This document shows, piece by piece, positions 13,131 to 27,180 of a stretch of 64,000 bases of DNA; positions within the stretch are counted from its first letter, which is position 1; the number at the start of each line of letters is the position of its first letter. The position numbers and the translations under genes are program-made. The DNA is taken from contig CM052816.1 in assembly GCA_028534125.1 (NCBI GenBank), positions 4,590,001 through 4,654,000 on the forward strand, read 5' to 3'. The notes beneath the pieces are model-generated. The model was not told the origin of the DNA. It searched no databases and saw only the letters and a program-made list of their open reading frames with translations. Source of the DNA: Lama glama (Eukaryota).

Positions 13131-14304
13131 TACCTTCTAGAATCTAGACCATTCAGTGGCTGCCCAGGCCATTGCCCTGATTTCCAGTCAATGGGAAAAG
13201 CTCCCAGTGATACTCAGCCCCACAGATGGTATCTCTCAGGGACTGGGAGAAGGTGGAGCTCTAAGCTCAGCTCCCCATCCCAAGATTACATCCTAGGGTT
13301 TACTCTGAAAACCACCCAACAACTTCCCATGGATGATAAAGAACCCACCTGTCTCAAGAAAGGCCCCACCTCTCTCCTCCGCCAGGCTGCTATGGACCTT
13401 CAGTTTTCCATTACTCTCCCCAACACGACGGCAGCTTCTGTCCTACCTTCAGGGAACCTCAGTCCTTGAGGAGGGGGCAATACTGCTGAAGAGGCCCACT
13501 CCAGTCAGAACATTTTCACTTTTAAAGGCCTTTGTTTTCAATAAATGAATGCCACAAAAGAGACAGAAGTTTAGGAATAAAGTTTAGAGGAGCCAGCTCT
13601 ATAAATTGGTTTCTGAAGCCCTACTAAATTTTATTTTTTGAAAGTGTATGGAGAGTTTCTTATAAGCCATGTATTGTTCTAAGAGCTTCACCTAGATTAT
13701 CTCATTGAATCTTCCCCCACAACCTTAGGGGGTAGGTATTTTGTTATCACTGTGTTTTAAACAAGGAAACTGAGGCTCGACCCTATGGTGATCAAGTCTG
13801 TACGTTTCCAACAAAAATTATCCCCTTGGTCACTGAAACTAAGATTTAATCTGCTAGTCATATGTACCTTGCATGGTTCTAACATAGATTTTTTTCCCTG
13901 TATTTCAGCTAGTGTTTGCTTACTGTTGTGGGTTTTAATTGAGCCTTCTTCATGTCTGTGTGGCAGAGGCATAAAATCATTAAGTACTATTGAAAACTCT
14001 CAACAGGAATATTGATTTTTCCTACAGTTCCTCCCTGACATGGTTATTACTGACAATTTAGACTTATGCATGTTAAAATAAATTGACCTGGCATGTGCTG
14101 CTAAATACAATCTGAGTGGTCTTTAGTTGCCCAATTTTATATCCTCAAATGAAATGATACAGTTAGGGGGTAAGAAACAGGGAAATATTTGTCATTCTAG
14201 CCAACAACTTGAGACTATATGAATACAAAGGTTCTCTCTCCCTTTTTTTCCTTGAACTCCTTTTTAAAAATAAATTACCCTCTAAATTTAAGTGCTTTGG
14301 CTTC

Positions 14305-14341
14305 TGTATTAGTCAGGTTTTCCATAAAAATGGAACCAACA

Positions 14342-14421
<80 letters not shown>

Positions 14422-14769
14422 TTATATATATATATATAAATGTTTTCAGTCTGAGTCCAAAGGCCTGAGAACCAGGAATGAGGATGGTGTAAGTCCCAGT
14501 TCAAGGGTAAGAGAAGACCAATGTCCCAACTTATGTGGTCATTAAGAGTGAGCAAATTCTCCTTCCTCCACCTTTTTGCTCTTTTCCACCCTCAACAAAT
14601 TAGACACGGCCCACCTGCACCAGGGAGGGCAATTGGCTTTACACAGTCTACTGATTCAAATGCTAATCTCACCCAGAAATACCCTCACAGATACACCCAG
14701 AAATAATGTTTAACCAACTATCTGGGCACCCTGTGGTCCAGTTAAGTTGACAAATAAAATTAACCATCA
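14305..14769. mobile_element. ERVL solo LTR (MLT2-like)
   Basis: Ends TGTATTAGTCAGG and AAATTAACCATCA; internal CTACTGATTCAAATGCTAATCTCACCCAGAAATACCCTCACAGATACACCCAGAAATAATG. Confidence 0.85.
14342..14438. repeat. Compound (TG)n(TA)n microsatellite
   Basis: Directly visible; an uninterrupted TG run spans roughly 14359-14416. Confidence 0.97.
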
Positions 14770-15719
14770 GAGTCTCACTGTTTCTCCAGGTTAAATGTCA
14801 CCATATAGAAGTCAAATTATACATTAGGAAGGGGTTTAAAAAAAACTGGAATGTTTTCTCTTTAGTATCATTCAGGAAAAATTGATTATCTTTTGGATCA
14901 CAGAAAATTCCATACTTTTATCTTTCTTCTAGTCATCTGTAAAACTCCTAAAGGCCAGATATCACATTATACCAATTTGTATTCCCCTCAAGACTTATAC
15001 TGGTTCTTAGAACACAGGGGACACCATAAAACAGATGCAGGAAAATATGCCATCATTGAACACTTGAAAGGAATTATGAGATCTACTCATTCACACTGAA
15101 ATGTAACTCATAAGCAAAAGCACCTTTGAGTAGAAGACCCACTATGTGCAATTTGGTATTTAATGGCTAAATGATAAGGGAATGAGGATCCCCTTTCCAA
15201 AGTTATTCACACAGATCACTAGCTGCAACCAAATTTATAGCAACTGTGGCCAACATCTTAATTTTTCTCTTGCTAAGTCACTATGGAGTTGAATTTTAGC
15301 AACTTAATCCACCCTGCTTAAACTAATTCTTCATTAAAGCATAACTTTCTCCCATAGGGAAAGTTTTAAATCCAGCAGATATAAGCATGAACACCTCTGG
15401 TTTGTTTTAATTATTTTTCTTAAATGAGAAGCTAAGCGCATTTTACCAAGGATTAAATCACCCCCAGTCTCCCAAGTTTGGTATTCTCAAACTAAATTCA
15501 TGGTTTCATTTTGTAATTCTTTTGCAACTGGGGAAAATCATTTCATGTTGTTATGAGTAAAGTATTTAAATGACCCAGGAAGATGGCAAAAGGCTTAGGT
15601 AAGTCCATACCTCCTTACATTTCTGCTAAACTCAATGTAAATATTCTAAAAGGCTGTGAATTATATTTCTCCTTACATTTCTTAATAGGCTTTCAAATGA
15701 GTAACAGCTTATTTTTTAA

Positions 15720-16820
15720 AGTTAAAACTCTTTCAAAAGGATGTGAAAAGAAGCCACAGACTGGGAGAAAATACTTGTAAAGATATTTCTGATAAAAGGT
15801 TATTAACCAAGATATACAAAGAACTATCAAAACAACAATAAGAAAATGAACTTGATTTTAAAATGGGCCAAAGATCTGAAAAGACACTTCATCAAGGAAG
15901 ATATACAGATGGCAAACAGGCATATAAAAAGGCGGACAGCATCATCTATCGTTAAAGAAATGGCCCAAACCCAAAGCACTGACGACACCAAATGTTGGCT
16001 GGGATGTGAAGCCACAGGAACTCTCACTCATTGGTGATGGGAATGCAGAACGGCACAGCCACTCTGAAAGACAGTTTGGCAGTTTCTTGCAAAACTAAAC
16101 ACATTCTTACCATATGGTTCAACAATTGTGTTTCTTGGTATCTACCCAAATGAGCTGAAAACTTATGTCTACACAAAAACCTGCACATGATGTTTATGGC
16201 AGATTTACTTATAATTGCTGAGACTTGGAAGCAACCAACATGTTCTTTAGTAGGTGTCTGGATAAATAAGCTGTGGTACATTCAGACAATGGAATATTCA
16301 GTGCTAAAAAGAAATGAGCTACCAAGCCACAAAAAGACATGGAGGAATGTTAATGCATATTACTCAGTAAAATTAGATAATCAGAAAAAACTACACATTG
16401 AATGATTCTAACTATATAACATTCTGAAAAGGCAAATCTATGGGAGTAGTAAAAAGATCGGGGATTGCCAGGAGTTGGGGGGAGGGGGATGAATAAAGAG
16501 GTAGAGAACAGAGGATTGTCAGGGCAGAGAAACTACTCTGTATGTTACTATAACGGTGGATATATGCTTTTATACATTTGTCAAGACCCATAGAAGGTAC
16601 AACACCAAGAGTGAACCCTAACGTAAACTAGGGACTTTGGGTGATAAAGATGTATCATTGCAGTTTCATTGATTGTAACAAATGCAGCACTCTGGTGGGG
16701 GATGCTACTGGGGAGGAGGCTGTGGATCAGCGGGGCAGGGTATATATGGGAACTCTGCACATTCTTAACTTTGCTGCAACCCTAAAAGTGTTCTAAAATG
16801 TAAAATCTAACTTAAAAGAA
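15720..16820 (+). mobile_element. Old L1 3' end (L1MC1-like)
   Basis: ORF2-end motifs (KWAKDLKRHF.KEDIQMANRH) and 3'UTR GTGAACCCTAACGTAAACTAGGGACTTTGGGTGATAA. Confidence 0.88.
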
Positions 16821-17384
16821 AAGCTGACACACTCACTAACTCACAGAAACCACTCTTAACAATGTATCCAAGTCCCTCTATTTTTTTTTAAATATAATTG
16901 CTTATTCTTAATCACCAAAACATTTTACAAAATTTATCACCCCTTTGGAAGAATCTTTAAAGATGGATTTTTTTTTAAGTGTCTACTCTTTGACCCAGTA
17001 ATTCGAGCTGAAGGAAACAACCCCAAAGAAATGTTTTTACACATGCACAAAAAATGTACACAAGGGTATCCACCACAACACTGTTCACAGTGTAAAAAAT
17101 TGAAAACAAGCAAAATGTCCATCAATGTCTATCAAAGAACATATGGATGATGGACATATGTTACATCAATACTATGAAATAACGTGAATGTGGAATGACA
17201 TGGCAACATATTCAAGGCATACGGTGTGCCACAAGAAAGTTACAAAATAATACATGTACTATAGCCGCATATTGGTGAGGAATCCCATGAACTAAGCAAA
17301 TCTATGTAGTTTGATAGTTACCCATAATTATAAATGAATTGAGAAAGTTTTAGATGAATAAACCCCAAACTGATACTAGGGTTT

Positions 17385-17667
17385 CTTTCTTTTTTTTTAA
17401 TTGAAGTATAGTCAGTTTACAATGCTGTGTCAGTTTCTGGTGTACAGCGTAATGTTTCAGTCATACATACATATACATACATTCCTTTTCCTATTCTTTT
17501 CCATTACAGGTTACTACAAGATATTGAATATAGTTCCCTGTGCTATACAGTATAAATTTGTTGGTTATCTATTTTATACACAATAATATTAGCAAATTTC
17601 AAATTCACAATTTATCCCTTCCCACCACCTTTCCCCCTTGGCTGATCATTACAGACTCACAGACATA
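17385..17667 (-). mobile_element. Camelid-type L1 3' end with a short inverted 5' piece, inserted in an older L1 (~16950-17800)
   Basis: TTTTTTTTAATTGAAGTATAGTCAGTTTACAATG is the reverse of the L1 tail. It ends in plus-strand ACAGACTCACAGACATAG. Confidence 0.8.
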
Positions 17668-17925
17668 GGCTGTTTTTTTTTAACCTCTGACAAGAGGAAT
17701 AAACTTAGGAGGAAGGTAGACCAGTGTAGACGTTTATTTTATCCTCATTATTAGTGTTTTTTATAATAAGATATTCATGTACTACTAATACCATTAAAAA
17801 TAAATTTTAAATTCATTGTGCTTTATAGTTCAACTTGCTTTGCTAGGAATAGTTTAAAATCTTTAATGCTGAATGTAGCCCTAGGATTCTGAATGAGGTG
17901 ATACCAGATCTGAACTATAACTTTA

Positions 17926-17968
17926 TTTTTTCCTAGCTTTATTGAGGTATAATTGACAAAAACTACAT

Positions 17969-18003
<35 letters not shown>

Positions 18004-18420
18004 AAGTACACAACACAGTGTTTTGATAAACTTAACATTATGAAATGATTACCACAATAAAGCTAATTAACATACTCACCATCTCAGATAGTTATCATTT
18101 TGTGTGTATGGTGTGTGTGTGTGTGTATGTGTGCAAAGAGAACATGTCAGACATACTCTCGTAGCAGTTTTCAAGCATATGCTGGGATATTATTAACTAG
18201 AGTCGCCATGCTGTATGTTAGATATCCAGAACTTACTCATCTTACATAACTAAAACTGTGCACCCTTTGACCAACATCTCCTCATTTCCCCCACCCCACA
18301 GCAACCACTATTCCACTTGGCTTCTATGAGTCCAACTTTTTTAGATTCCACACTTAAGTGATGTTATGCAGTATTTGTATTTCTGTGTCTAGCTAATTGC
18401 ACGTAGCATAATGTCCTCTA
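17926..18420 (-). mobile_element. L1 3'UTR (L1MA-like) with internal CA/TG microsatellites
   Basis: CTTTATTGAGGTATAATTGACAAA..CCCTTTGACCAACATCTC. A perfect 15-bp TSD TGAACTATAACTTTA lies at 17911-17925 and 18421-18435. Confidence 0.9.
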
Positions 18421-19371
18421 TGAACTATAACTTTAAAGCAGCATCAGAAAGATGGAAAAACTGGGTTGGGAGGAAAGCACTCTTATTAAAACACTAAAAA
18501 ATTTAATAACCACTATGGGAGCACTGACCTCTAATACAGCATATGTCTCATTTATTGAATTATTCCCACTTTTACATGTGTGGTCAAGCATGGAAGTTTG
18601 CTTTTAATTTACTTTGCAAGAACTTCTCCATATCCTTCTCCCCAAACTACACAGTGCATTATTAAAGCAATAAAGTAAATCAGGTTTCACATATTCAGCA
18701 TCTTAGGCACACCTAAAGAGCCGATCCAACAAGAAAGATCTTGAGAAATGGTGGCAAGAGAAATAGAGTCTGCATACCCCCGAGACTCAATTTATGCATC
18801 CAACCCAAAAAAGCAATCCTTTTCTTCAAAGCTCAGAAACAAGGTTTGGAGTGCATTTCCCATTAAACTTCTGAAATACCACATCAACCATGTTAGAACA
18901 CAGACACTCTATTGTGTGTGTGTTTTTTAAACAGTGTGAAAGATTTCAGCACGATTTGATGGGTACCTGCTTTGAGACTTCAGCTAGTGCTATTAGAATG
19001 TTTGTAGGCAGACGATAGAGGGGTAAGGGCAACTTCTTGGAACCATGCTGTCTAATTATTGTCTGGTCACCAATCTAGATTAAATGGCATAGACAGAATT
19101 GGAACAGGCTTTGAATATAACTGGAGTCCATCCTAGGCTCACCTCTTCAGATGCTTACATGAGAGCATGCACAGTATCATCTATACTAATTCACTTTGTA
19201 TCAGTTCAGCGTAGGTACCCAAAGAGTCAGGTGCATCTAGGGCATGAGCTTTGAAGGATCCAGTCAAATAATGTCCCACTCATTTGATGGCCTTTCACCC
19301 TTTAGAAAAAATAAGTTTGATGTACTTGGACAAAATCAAACTTCAGAAGATTCTTCATTTTCTGTACAAAG

Positions 19372-19590
19372 TAGTGGTTCACAGGGGTGTTTTGTCCCTC
19401 ATCCCCAGGGAACATACAACAATGTCTACAGACACTTTTAATTGTCACAGCTGAGGGAGGAAAAAGCTGCTGGTGTCTAGTGGACAGAGACCAGAGATTT
19501 TGCCAAACATCCCACAACACACAACACAGTTCCCTACGACAAAGAATTACGTCGTCCAAAATGTCAACAGTGCCAAGGTTCAGAAACATT
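19372..19590. mobile_element. hAT DNA transposon (MER20-like)
   Basis: CAATGTCTACAGACACTTTTAATTGTCACA..AAAATGTCAACAGTGCCAAGGTTCAGAAAC. Confidence 0.75.
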
Positions 19591-19619
19591 ATTCCAAGTT
19601 AACATTTTTGTAATTTTTC

Positions 19620-21545
19620 CTTCCACTGCACAAGTAAACTTCTTCAAAGCACTGCCCATGGTAGCCTTTGCCTCTTCACCTCCCACTAACACCACATCCC
19701 ACCCCAATTTGGACCCAGCTCCCCTCATTCCAACAAAACAATTGTCACTGAAGTCACCAGTGAACTCCTATCACCCAATCCAATGAATACGTCTCATCCT
19801 GTTTGATCTCTTGATGAAAGATTCTCTCCTCTTGCTTCCAGAACACTACATTCTCCTAGTTTTCCCCCTTTCTTTCTTCCTTGTCTCATTAGTAAGTTTA
19901 TCATCTTTATACCACCATTATGTGTTAGAATTCCATGATTCAGTGTCAGACCCTGTCTTTACTCTAACTTTTCTCAAGGAAACTAACAGGGTTAGTATCC
20001 TGTTGCTACTGTAATCGCCACAAACTTGGTGGTTTAAAACAGCACAAGTTTATTATCCTGTAGTTCTGGAGATCAGAATTTCAAAGTGGGTCTCACTGGA
20101 CTAAAATCAACATCTTAGCAGAGCTACATTCTTTTCTGAAGACTCAAGGGGAAAATCTGTTTCCTTGCCTTTTCCAGCTTCAAGAACGGCTCTTATTCCT
20201 TGACAAGAGGCTCCTTCCACTTTACAAGCCAACAATGACAGGCCAAGGCTTTCCCCCATCGCGTTCCTCTGACACTGACTCTTCTACTGCTCTCTTCCAC
20301 ATTTAAGGACCCTTGAGATTACACTGAGACAACCTAGACAATCCAGGATACTCTCCATCGCACAGTCAGCTGAATAACAACCTTAATTCCATCTGCAATC
20401 TTGATTCCCCTCTGCCATGTAAGATAACATATTCCCAGGTTGTGGGAATTTTGACCTGGACATCTTTGAGAGGCCACTGTTCTGTCTAGCACAGTAACTT
20501 ACTTTCCATTACCACTCATTTGTACACAGATGACTCCCAATTTTATATTTTGTATCTCTAACCTAGACTTCCCTTCTAAACTCTAGATCCAAACACTCAA
20601 GTGTTCAAGCGAAAACTCCAGTCCCAAACCACACTCATGACCTCCCTCCCCAAACATGGTCCTTTGCTCGTATCCCCAGGTTCAGTGAATGGCGTCAGCA
20701 GTCACTGAGTTACACAGGCCAGAAACTTGGGTGCTGGCCATCTTTTACACCTCCATTTTCTTTACTTCCATTTTCAATCTACTACCAAGTTCTGTTACTT
20801 CCTAATTATCTCATGAATTCATCTACTTCTTACCATCTCCACTCATCTCCCCAGCTACTCTAATTCAAGAGATCTTTAATGTATAAGAGCTCCTGGAAGA
20901 CCCTCATAAGCAGTCGATCTTTAACTCCTGTGACCCCTCCAGTCCCCATTCTTCATAGGGCAGAATTGTCTTTTTGGAACTCGAATCTGATCAAGTCGTC
21001 CTCCTGCTTAAATTCTGTAACAGCTTCCCATTTTTCTAGGGGCAAAAACAAAACACCTGAACACGGCATACAAGGTTGTGCCACAGTGTCCCTCTCCAGC
21101 CTCACACAGTGACAGCCCATGTTGCTCTTCTCCCAGCCCAAGGAAGCACCCACCTCTTTCACCGCCCAGGACCTTGGCACACTCTACTCTCTTCCTGGGA
21201 TGTTTCTTCCATTTCTTTCTTGCTGTATTTAACTTCTAATCGCCCTCAACACAACTTAACTGTCACACCTCCTCGGGGAAGCTTCCCCGATTTACCTTAC
21301 TCAATCCTTAAAGCACCATGCCTCTCTCTTTTGTAGCACTCAGCATCGTTGCAATTTTAGATTTTTTAGTGAGATTGCTTAATTAATAGTTCTCTCCCAC
21401 ATTTCACTGCATGCCCTATGAGATCAGGACAGTGTCTGTGCTCATGACTGAATCCCTAGTGCCTAGCCCAGGTCTCGGCACAATGTTGGCACACAGTAAC
21501 TATTTATTAAATGGATAAATAAATAATTGAATCAATGAATAAGAT
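19620..21545 (+). mobile_element. Long L2 fragment interrupted by an MLT1D-like LTR (~19988-20493, minus)
   Basis: L2 motifs (GTCACCAGTGAACTCC; CAGATGACTCCCAA; CCCTAGTGCCTAGCCCAGG..TGAATCAATGAAT tail). The LTR reads CCACAAACTTGGTGGTTTAAAAC..GAGGCCACTGTTCTGTCTAGCACA. Confidence 0.8.
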
Positions 21546-23229
21546 CCCTGTTGCTATGCACAGTCACAGCAATGATCAGCTAGTCATCTTGCTGTTTGTT
21601 TATTCAACAATGTTTTACTGAATGTACCTTTGTTTCAAATATCAGTAAGCTATCCTATTTTATTTTATTTGCTAGTGAGAATCTCCAATGGTATGAACAC
21701 AAGCCTAACAATTATACTGTAAAATCAAGAGGAAAGAAAAATGCTCTTCTGGCATCCCTTGATTTCTCCTCTACTTATCATTTTCTTCCTCTGAGACACC
21801 TTTGGACCACTCTGCAGGGATGTGGCTTGACTCTCTGTCCTCAGCATCACTGGCAACAATTCTCAAAGCTGCCAATGGCAGCTGTGGACACTCACTGGAA
21901 ATGACAGCAGACTTCAACATGGCATTGACTTGCATGAAATTCTTCTAATGCTTAAGGAGTTTGGTCATGTGTCAGAGCTGCTCACGTTAAATGATCTATT
22001 AGGTGCCATGATCTCCAGAAAGGTCATCTGTCACACTGCAGGCCAGAAGTGTCACTTCTGTTTAATGTGATATGAAGCCAAACTCCCAAACTAACTAGAG
22101 AGAAATTGGCATATGTCACTGCTGACTGATCAGAAACAGAGACTCTCAGTTCACACCCACGATTGTACAATGAAAGTTCCCCACTTCAACCAGTGCATCA
22201 GCTAAACATTTAACAGTTAAAGAGCCTAGGACTTAATGGCCATTGAATTTTAACAGCTACAGTATTATGAGCCTAAAGTAATCCTAAATGCATATAAAGT
22301 AACACCTATAATGAATATTGTTATGACTAAGATGGTAACTTTGGGGACGAGTAAGTGAAAACATTAAACTGAATTTAACCAAACAAGAAAGATTCCAACT
22401 GAGAAAAAGTCCAGTAACTCATTTTCAGTTACGCCAAGGTCATATTTGTGGGGATCTGGGGTGATTCCTAGGTTGGTTGAAGATAACACCATGCATGGCA
22501 GGATCGAGTTTGAAAGAAAAATTGTAGCATCAATTAAGCTGAAATTAAGCTGAGCGAAGTGTCCCTGAAGATGGAGTATGCAGACTCTTCAGGAGTACCC
22601 GCACACAGTTATCACTAGGCTAGCCAGCAATGCCAACTATGAGAATTAATTATAAGGGAAAGTAATGCAACTCAAATATCTGTGCTAAGAAGTGTGCCCA
22701 TGCACTGTATCTGACGTACTTCTGATGTCACAAGGGGTATCAGCTGCGTTCACTCTGAACCTCTGTCCCAAGATATTTAAAAGAAAAGAGAGAGTGTGCA
22801 CTTCAGGCTAACATTTCATCATTCATTTGTATCATCTGTATGTGTTTCCCATTTTGTGCATTTTCCTTTGCTTCAGCCCAACTAATTTTACCAATAGTCT
22901 GGAAGGCTGTTAAGACGCTTTACACAGCTGAGATATACGTTGGGTCCCCTAGAGAACTCACAAGTGTATAAAAATTTTTAAATAGACTGGAGTCATGCAG
23001 GGACTCAAATCCTCTTCCCCTTTAGACAAGAACTTGGAAACACAAAGCAGTTGAGCTATCCTCCAAAACACACAGTTGCGGCTTGGGCATGCCAGGACTG
23101 CTGTCTCCACGCTTAAAAGTTCTCTGTTTTTTCCAACACATCATGACGCCTCCCACAGCACAAAATTCTTTCAGACATGATTAGTCTTCATAGTCTTTTG
23201 CTCACACAGCATGACTACCTCCTTATACT

Positions 23230-25020
23230 TAAAAGGGACATTAAGAGACCCTAAGAATGCAAACCACACACACAAAAAAACTGATAAATTGGTAACACTA
23301 TAATCTAGAGGTCTGGCACCAAAAACAATACCGTAAACAAAATAAAAGACAACGTACAGATGAGAAGATGTTAGCACTGGACATAACTAAAAAGAACTAG
23401 TCTCCAGAAGGTATAAAGAGCTCCTATAACTCAAAAAGAAAGTGACAACAGAAAAAAAAATAGACGAAGTATGAAGAAGCAATTCACAGACCAAGAAAGC
23501 CAAACAGACAATTGATGAATAGAAAGATGCTCAACCACAGTGGAAACTGGGAAGATGTAAATTAAAACAACAATGAGATGGCATCAAATCGACAGCAAAA
23601 GCCTGACAATACCAAGTACTGGTAATGCTGCAGAGCTGTGGGGCCTGTCATATCCTGCTGATAAGAGTTTAAACTGGTACAATGACTCTGGACAATCCCT
23701 GACAATATCTGGTCAAGCTGAAAATGCTCATATCCTACAAGCCAGCAACTTCCTCCTCAATCAGTGTTTCTCAACAAGAAGAGTAGTTTACCCACCCAAA
23801 GGACAACTGGCAATGTCTGGAGACATTTTTCATTATCACGTCTGGGGCTGCAAAGGCAAGGCAGGAGCAGGAAAGGGATTCTACCGCAATCTAGTGAGCA
23901 CGGGCTAGAGACAGCGCTAAACATCCTACAAAGCACAGCTTACCCCTATGCCCCGAGAATTACCTGGCTCACAGTGTCAGCAGTGCTGAGGCTGGGAAAC
24001 TGTAGTGGTTTGAATGGTGGTCCCCAAAAGATTTGTCTACCTGGAATATGTGAATGTGATCCAGGAAGCGTCTTTGCATATGAAATTAATTTAAGGATCT
24101 AAAAATGAGAGCTTGGATTATCGAGTTGAGCCCCAAATCCAATAGCAAGCATCTTTATTGGAAGAGAAGACACAGAAGATGGAAGAGGAGAGACACCGAA
24201 GAGATGCCCATGTGAAGACAGAGCAGAGAATGGAGTGAGCAGCCACCGGCCGAATGCCAACAGGCAACAGAACCTGGCAGAGACAAGAAAGGGAATCTTC
24301 CCTGGAGCTTCTGGAGGAAGTGACTGATTTGGGGTTTCTGCCCTGCAAAAATATAAAAGGAAAAAAATCTGTTGTTTTAAGCCGCCCAGTTTGTAGCAAT
24401 CTGTTGTGGTAGCCTGAAGATTAGACATGCACTTAGGAGAAATATTTACACATGGATGGGAGAGAAAAGTACAAGGTTGTAACTGAAGTTCCTTAGAGCA
24501 AAAAAAAAATTTGAAACCACCTAAATTTTTAACAAGGAAAATTGAAAAATGTATTGACGTATATTCACTTAGTGCTCTATAGTGGTAAAAAAAAATCAAC
24601 AAATTAGAGCTTCATGTATCACCATGTATTAATTTCCAAATATAATATTGAGAGAATAAAAGCCAGCTCAGAAAGATGTACACGGTATGATAATATTTAT
24701 ATGAAGTTTTTAAATCTACAAAGTAATATTCTTTAATATTTATGGCTACCTAAATCTGTGGCAAAAGTATAATACTGTGGGTGATAAACACTGATCTCAC
24801 AGTAGTAATTACTCCTGTTACAAATATGGAGGAAAAAAGATGGGGCATACAGGGAACTCCTATTTGCATCTGAAATATTTAATGTCTTTACTTAAAGAGA
24901 TCTGATAAAGTTTTGGCATGATATTAAGATTTGATAAAGCTAGGTTTTGGCATTTTGTAATAGTATTCATTCTTGTCTATTTTAAATCATTTATGATAAA
25001 GTTAATTAGTCAATGTTTTT
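23230..25020 (+). mobile_element. Old L1M/L1ME fragment with nested MER20-like (23762-24000) and MLT1C-like LTR (24001-24427)
   Basis: L1 motifs (ATTAAAACAACAATGAGATGGCATC); CAGTGTTTCTCAAC..GCAATGTCTGGAGACATTTTT; TGTAGTGGTTTGAATGGTGGTCCCCAAAAG. Confidence 0.75.
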
Positions 25021-25710
25021 AAGACATGGAAACGTATTTCATGTAAAATAAACCAGAGTGATGTTCACAGGTGTCGGGGGAGTAATGAAGGGAGAGTGAA
25101 ATGATAAGGAAGCAGGATACAGGAACGGCAATCGATTCACCTCCAAGCAGGAGCCCTAACGAGCTGGGTGATCACAACACACATGCTCCCCATTTTAATG
25201 CTTTCTTCAGGGATTCTCCCTCCTTCTCTCTCCACCTGTCTCTCTTCTAGTTCGTTATTTGATTTCAGTTGAGAACATCCTCCCTAGTTTTTCCTTTTTA
25301 ACTCCGGCTCAAAATTGACTTTGTGATCGTTGTAAACGAGAGGGGGAAATGAGGATGGAGAGACTTCAATCTCTTGTTTTGATCATCAACAGCCAAGCTG
25401 GAGATCCGCATCAGTGAGTTATACTGTGCTCACCAAACTTCTCAGATCTGAAGGAATTGCAGCCATGATATTTTCCAAGGAACCTCTGAGCATAATAACA
25501 AAACTGCCTCATCAGTGCTTCTGGGTCCTGGCTCTGGCATTCCTCTAGGAAGGCAAGACCAGCCGAGCAAAAAACATGAATTTTCTGTGCCTTGTGACTA
25601 TGTTCAAAGTCCAACCCCAGTTTGTGATTATGAACTTAGTCAAAGTACACCAAAAGAAGAGTTAGGGATGGTATCTGAGAGGAGAAAAAAAATAATTAAA
25701 AAAAAAACTA

Positions 25711-26203
25711 CGCTTCTTGGGAAAACCAGACAGTTGCATGTAAATCAGTGAAGTTAGAACACTCCCTCACCCCATACACAGAAATAAACTCAAAATGGCT
25801 TAAAGGGCTAAGACACATTCTAAATGAAGCCAGAAAAAGAAAGAAAAATAGCATATCACTTATTTGTGAGATCTAAAAAAAAAAAAAAGACAAAATTATT
25901 TACAAAACAGAAACAGACTCACAGACGTGGAGAACAAACCTATGGTTACCAGGGAAGGGGGTGGGAAGGGATAAATTGGGAGATCGAGATTTACAGATAC
26001 TAACCGATACTAACTACTATATAGATAAACAACAAGTTCATACTGTATAGCACAGTATATAGTCAATATCTTGCAGTAACTTATGGTGAAAAAGAACGTG
26101 AAAAAGAATATACGTGTTTATGTATGACTGAAGCACTATGCTGCACACCAGAAATTGACACAACATTGTAAACTGACTATATTTCAATTGAAAAAAAAAA
26201 AAA
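25711..26203 (+). mobile_element. Camelid-type L1 3' fragment with an internal deletion
   Basis: ORF2 piece GAAGTTAGAACACTCCCTCACCCCATACACAGAAATAAACTCAAAATGGC is joined at ~25817 to ATTCTAAATGAAGCCAGAAA, followed by the 3'UTR and A-tail. Confidence 0.85.
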
Positions 26204-26809
26204 CCATTCTCCTGGTATATGGGAAGACAAGCAGTTCGGAGATGTTTTGAGGAAGCGAAATATCTTGACTGCCTAACAGCCTAAAATGCCTTTCATGTAG
26301 TCTCTTATGACAAAGACTGGATTTTGACAACTAAATAATTGGGTTGAAATAATTAGGAAGAGAGCACTATAACATCTGTTCTTTAGGCCAAAAAAAAACT
26401 GTTATAAAACCAACCCCTTCACTCATGAGTTTACTTGACCAGGCGCTTCCAAACGTGGGTTGGAATCACAGTACTATTTTAAGGGGAAAAAAAAAAAACC
26501 ACCCTGTATTTCCTTCTTGCAGCTCATTATCTTTCTTTGTCCACTGCGTATAATCTGCTCCAAGACTTCAAATTAGGAACTTATTCATAGCATTATTTTT
26601 GCTAACCTTAATATTAACCCCAAAGCTTCTAGACAAGAGCTACCTTCAGGCTTTACATGAAATTTGTTCATTTGCCAAGATATACTCACCAAACTAGAAA
26701 AGAAATATTTATTTATGCAATTATCAGTTTACTGTAATCCCATCTAGCTTGACAAGAAGCACTGTGTATATTAGTGCCTTATCACAGAGGTTGCCCCAAA
26801 GTAAGTGCT

Positions 26810-27180
26810 TATAATAGACTGAATTCTGTTCCCCCAAATTTGTATGTTGAAACTAACTTCCAATGTGACTATATTTGGAGATAGGGCCTTTAAGGAGGTA
26901 ATTAAGGTTAAAAGAAGTCATAAGGGTAGACTCTGATCCAGTAAAACAGGTGTCCTCCAAAGATAAGGAATAGATACCAGAGTCCACAGTCTCTCCACGG
27001 GTACACAGAATAGAGGTCACGTAAGCACAGAGCAAGAAGGCAGCTGTCTGTACATCAGGAAGAGGTAACTACCAGAAAACAACCCTGATGGCACCATGAT
27101 CTCGGGATTCTAGTCTCCAAAATCATGAGAAAATAAATTTCTGTTGTTTAAGACAAACTGTGGTAGTCTGAGCTAATACA
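26810..27180 (+). mobile_element. MaLR solo LTR (MLT1B-like)
   Basis: AATGTGACTATATTTGGAGATAGGGCCTTTAAGGAGGTAATTAAGG..GAGAAAATAAATTTCTGTTGTTTAAG..GCTAATACA. Confidence 0.85.

Noticed and set aside
14209..14555. ORFs with CV and HT repeats
   Set aside because: These are translations of the (TG)n microsatellite.
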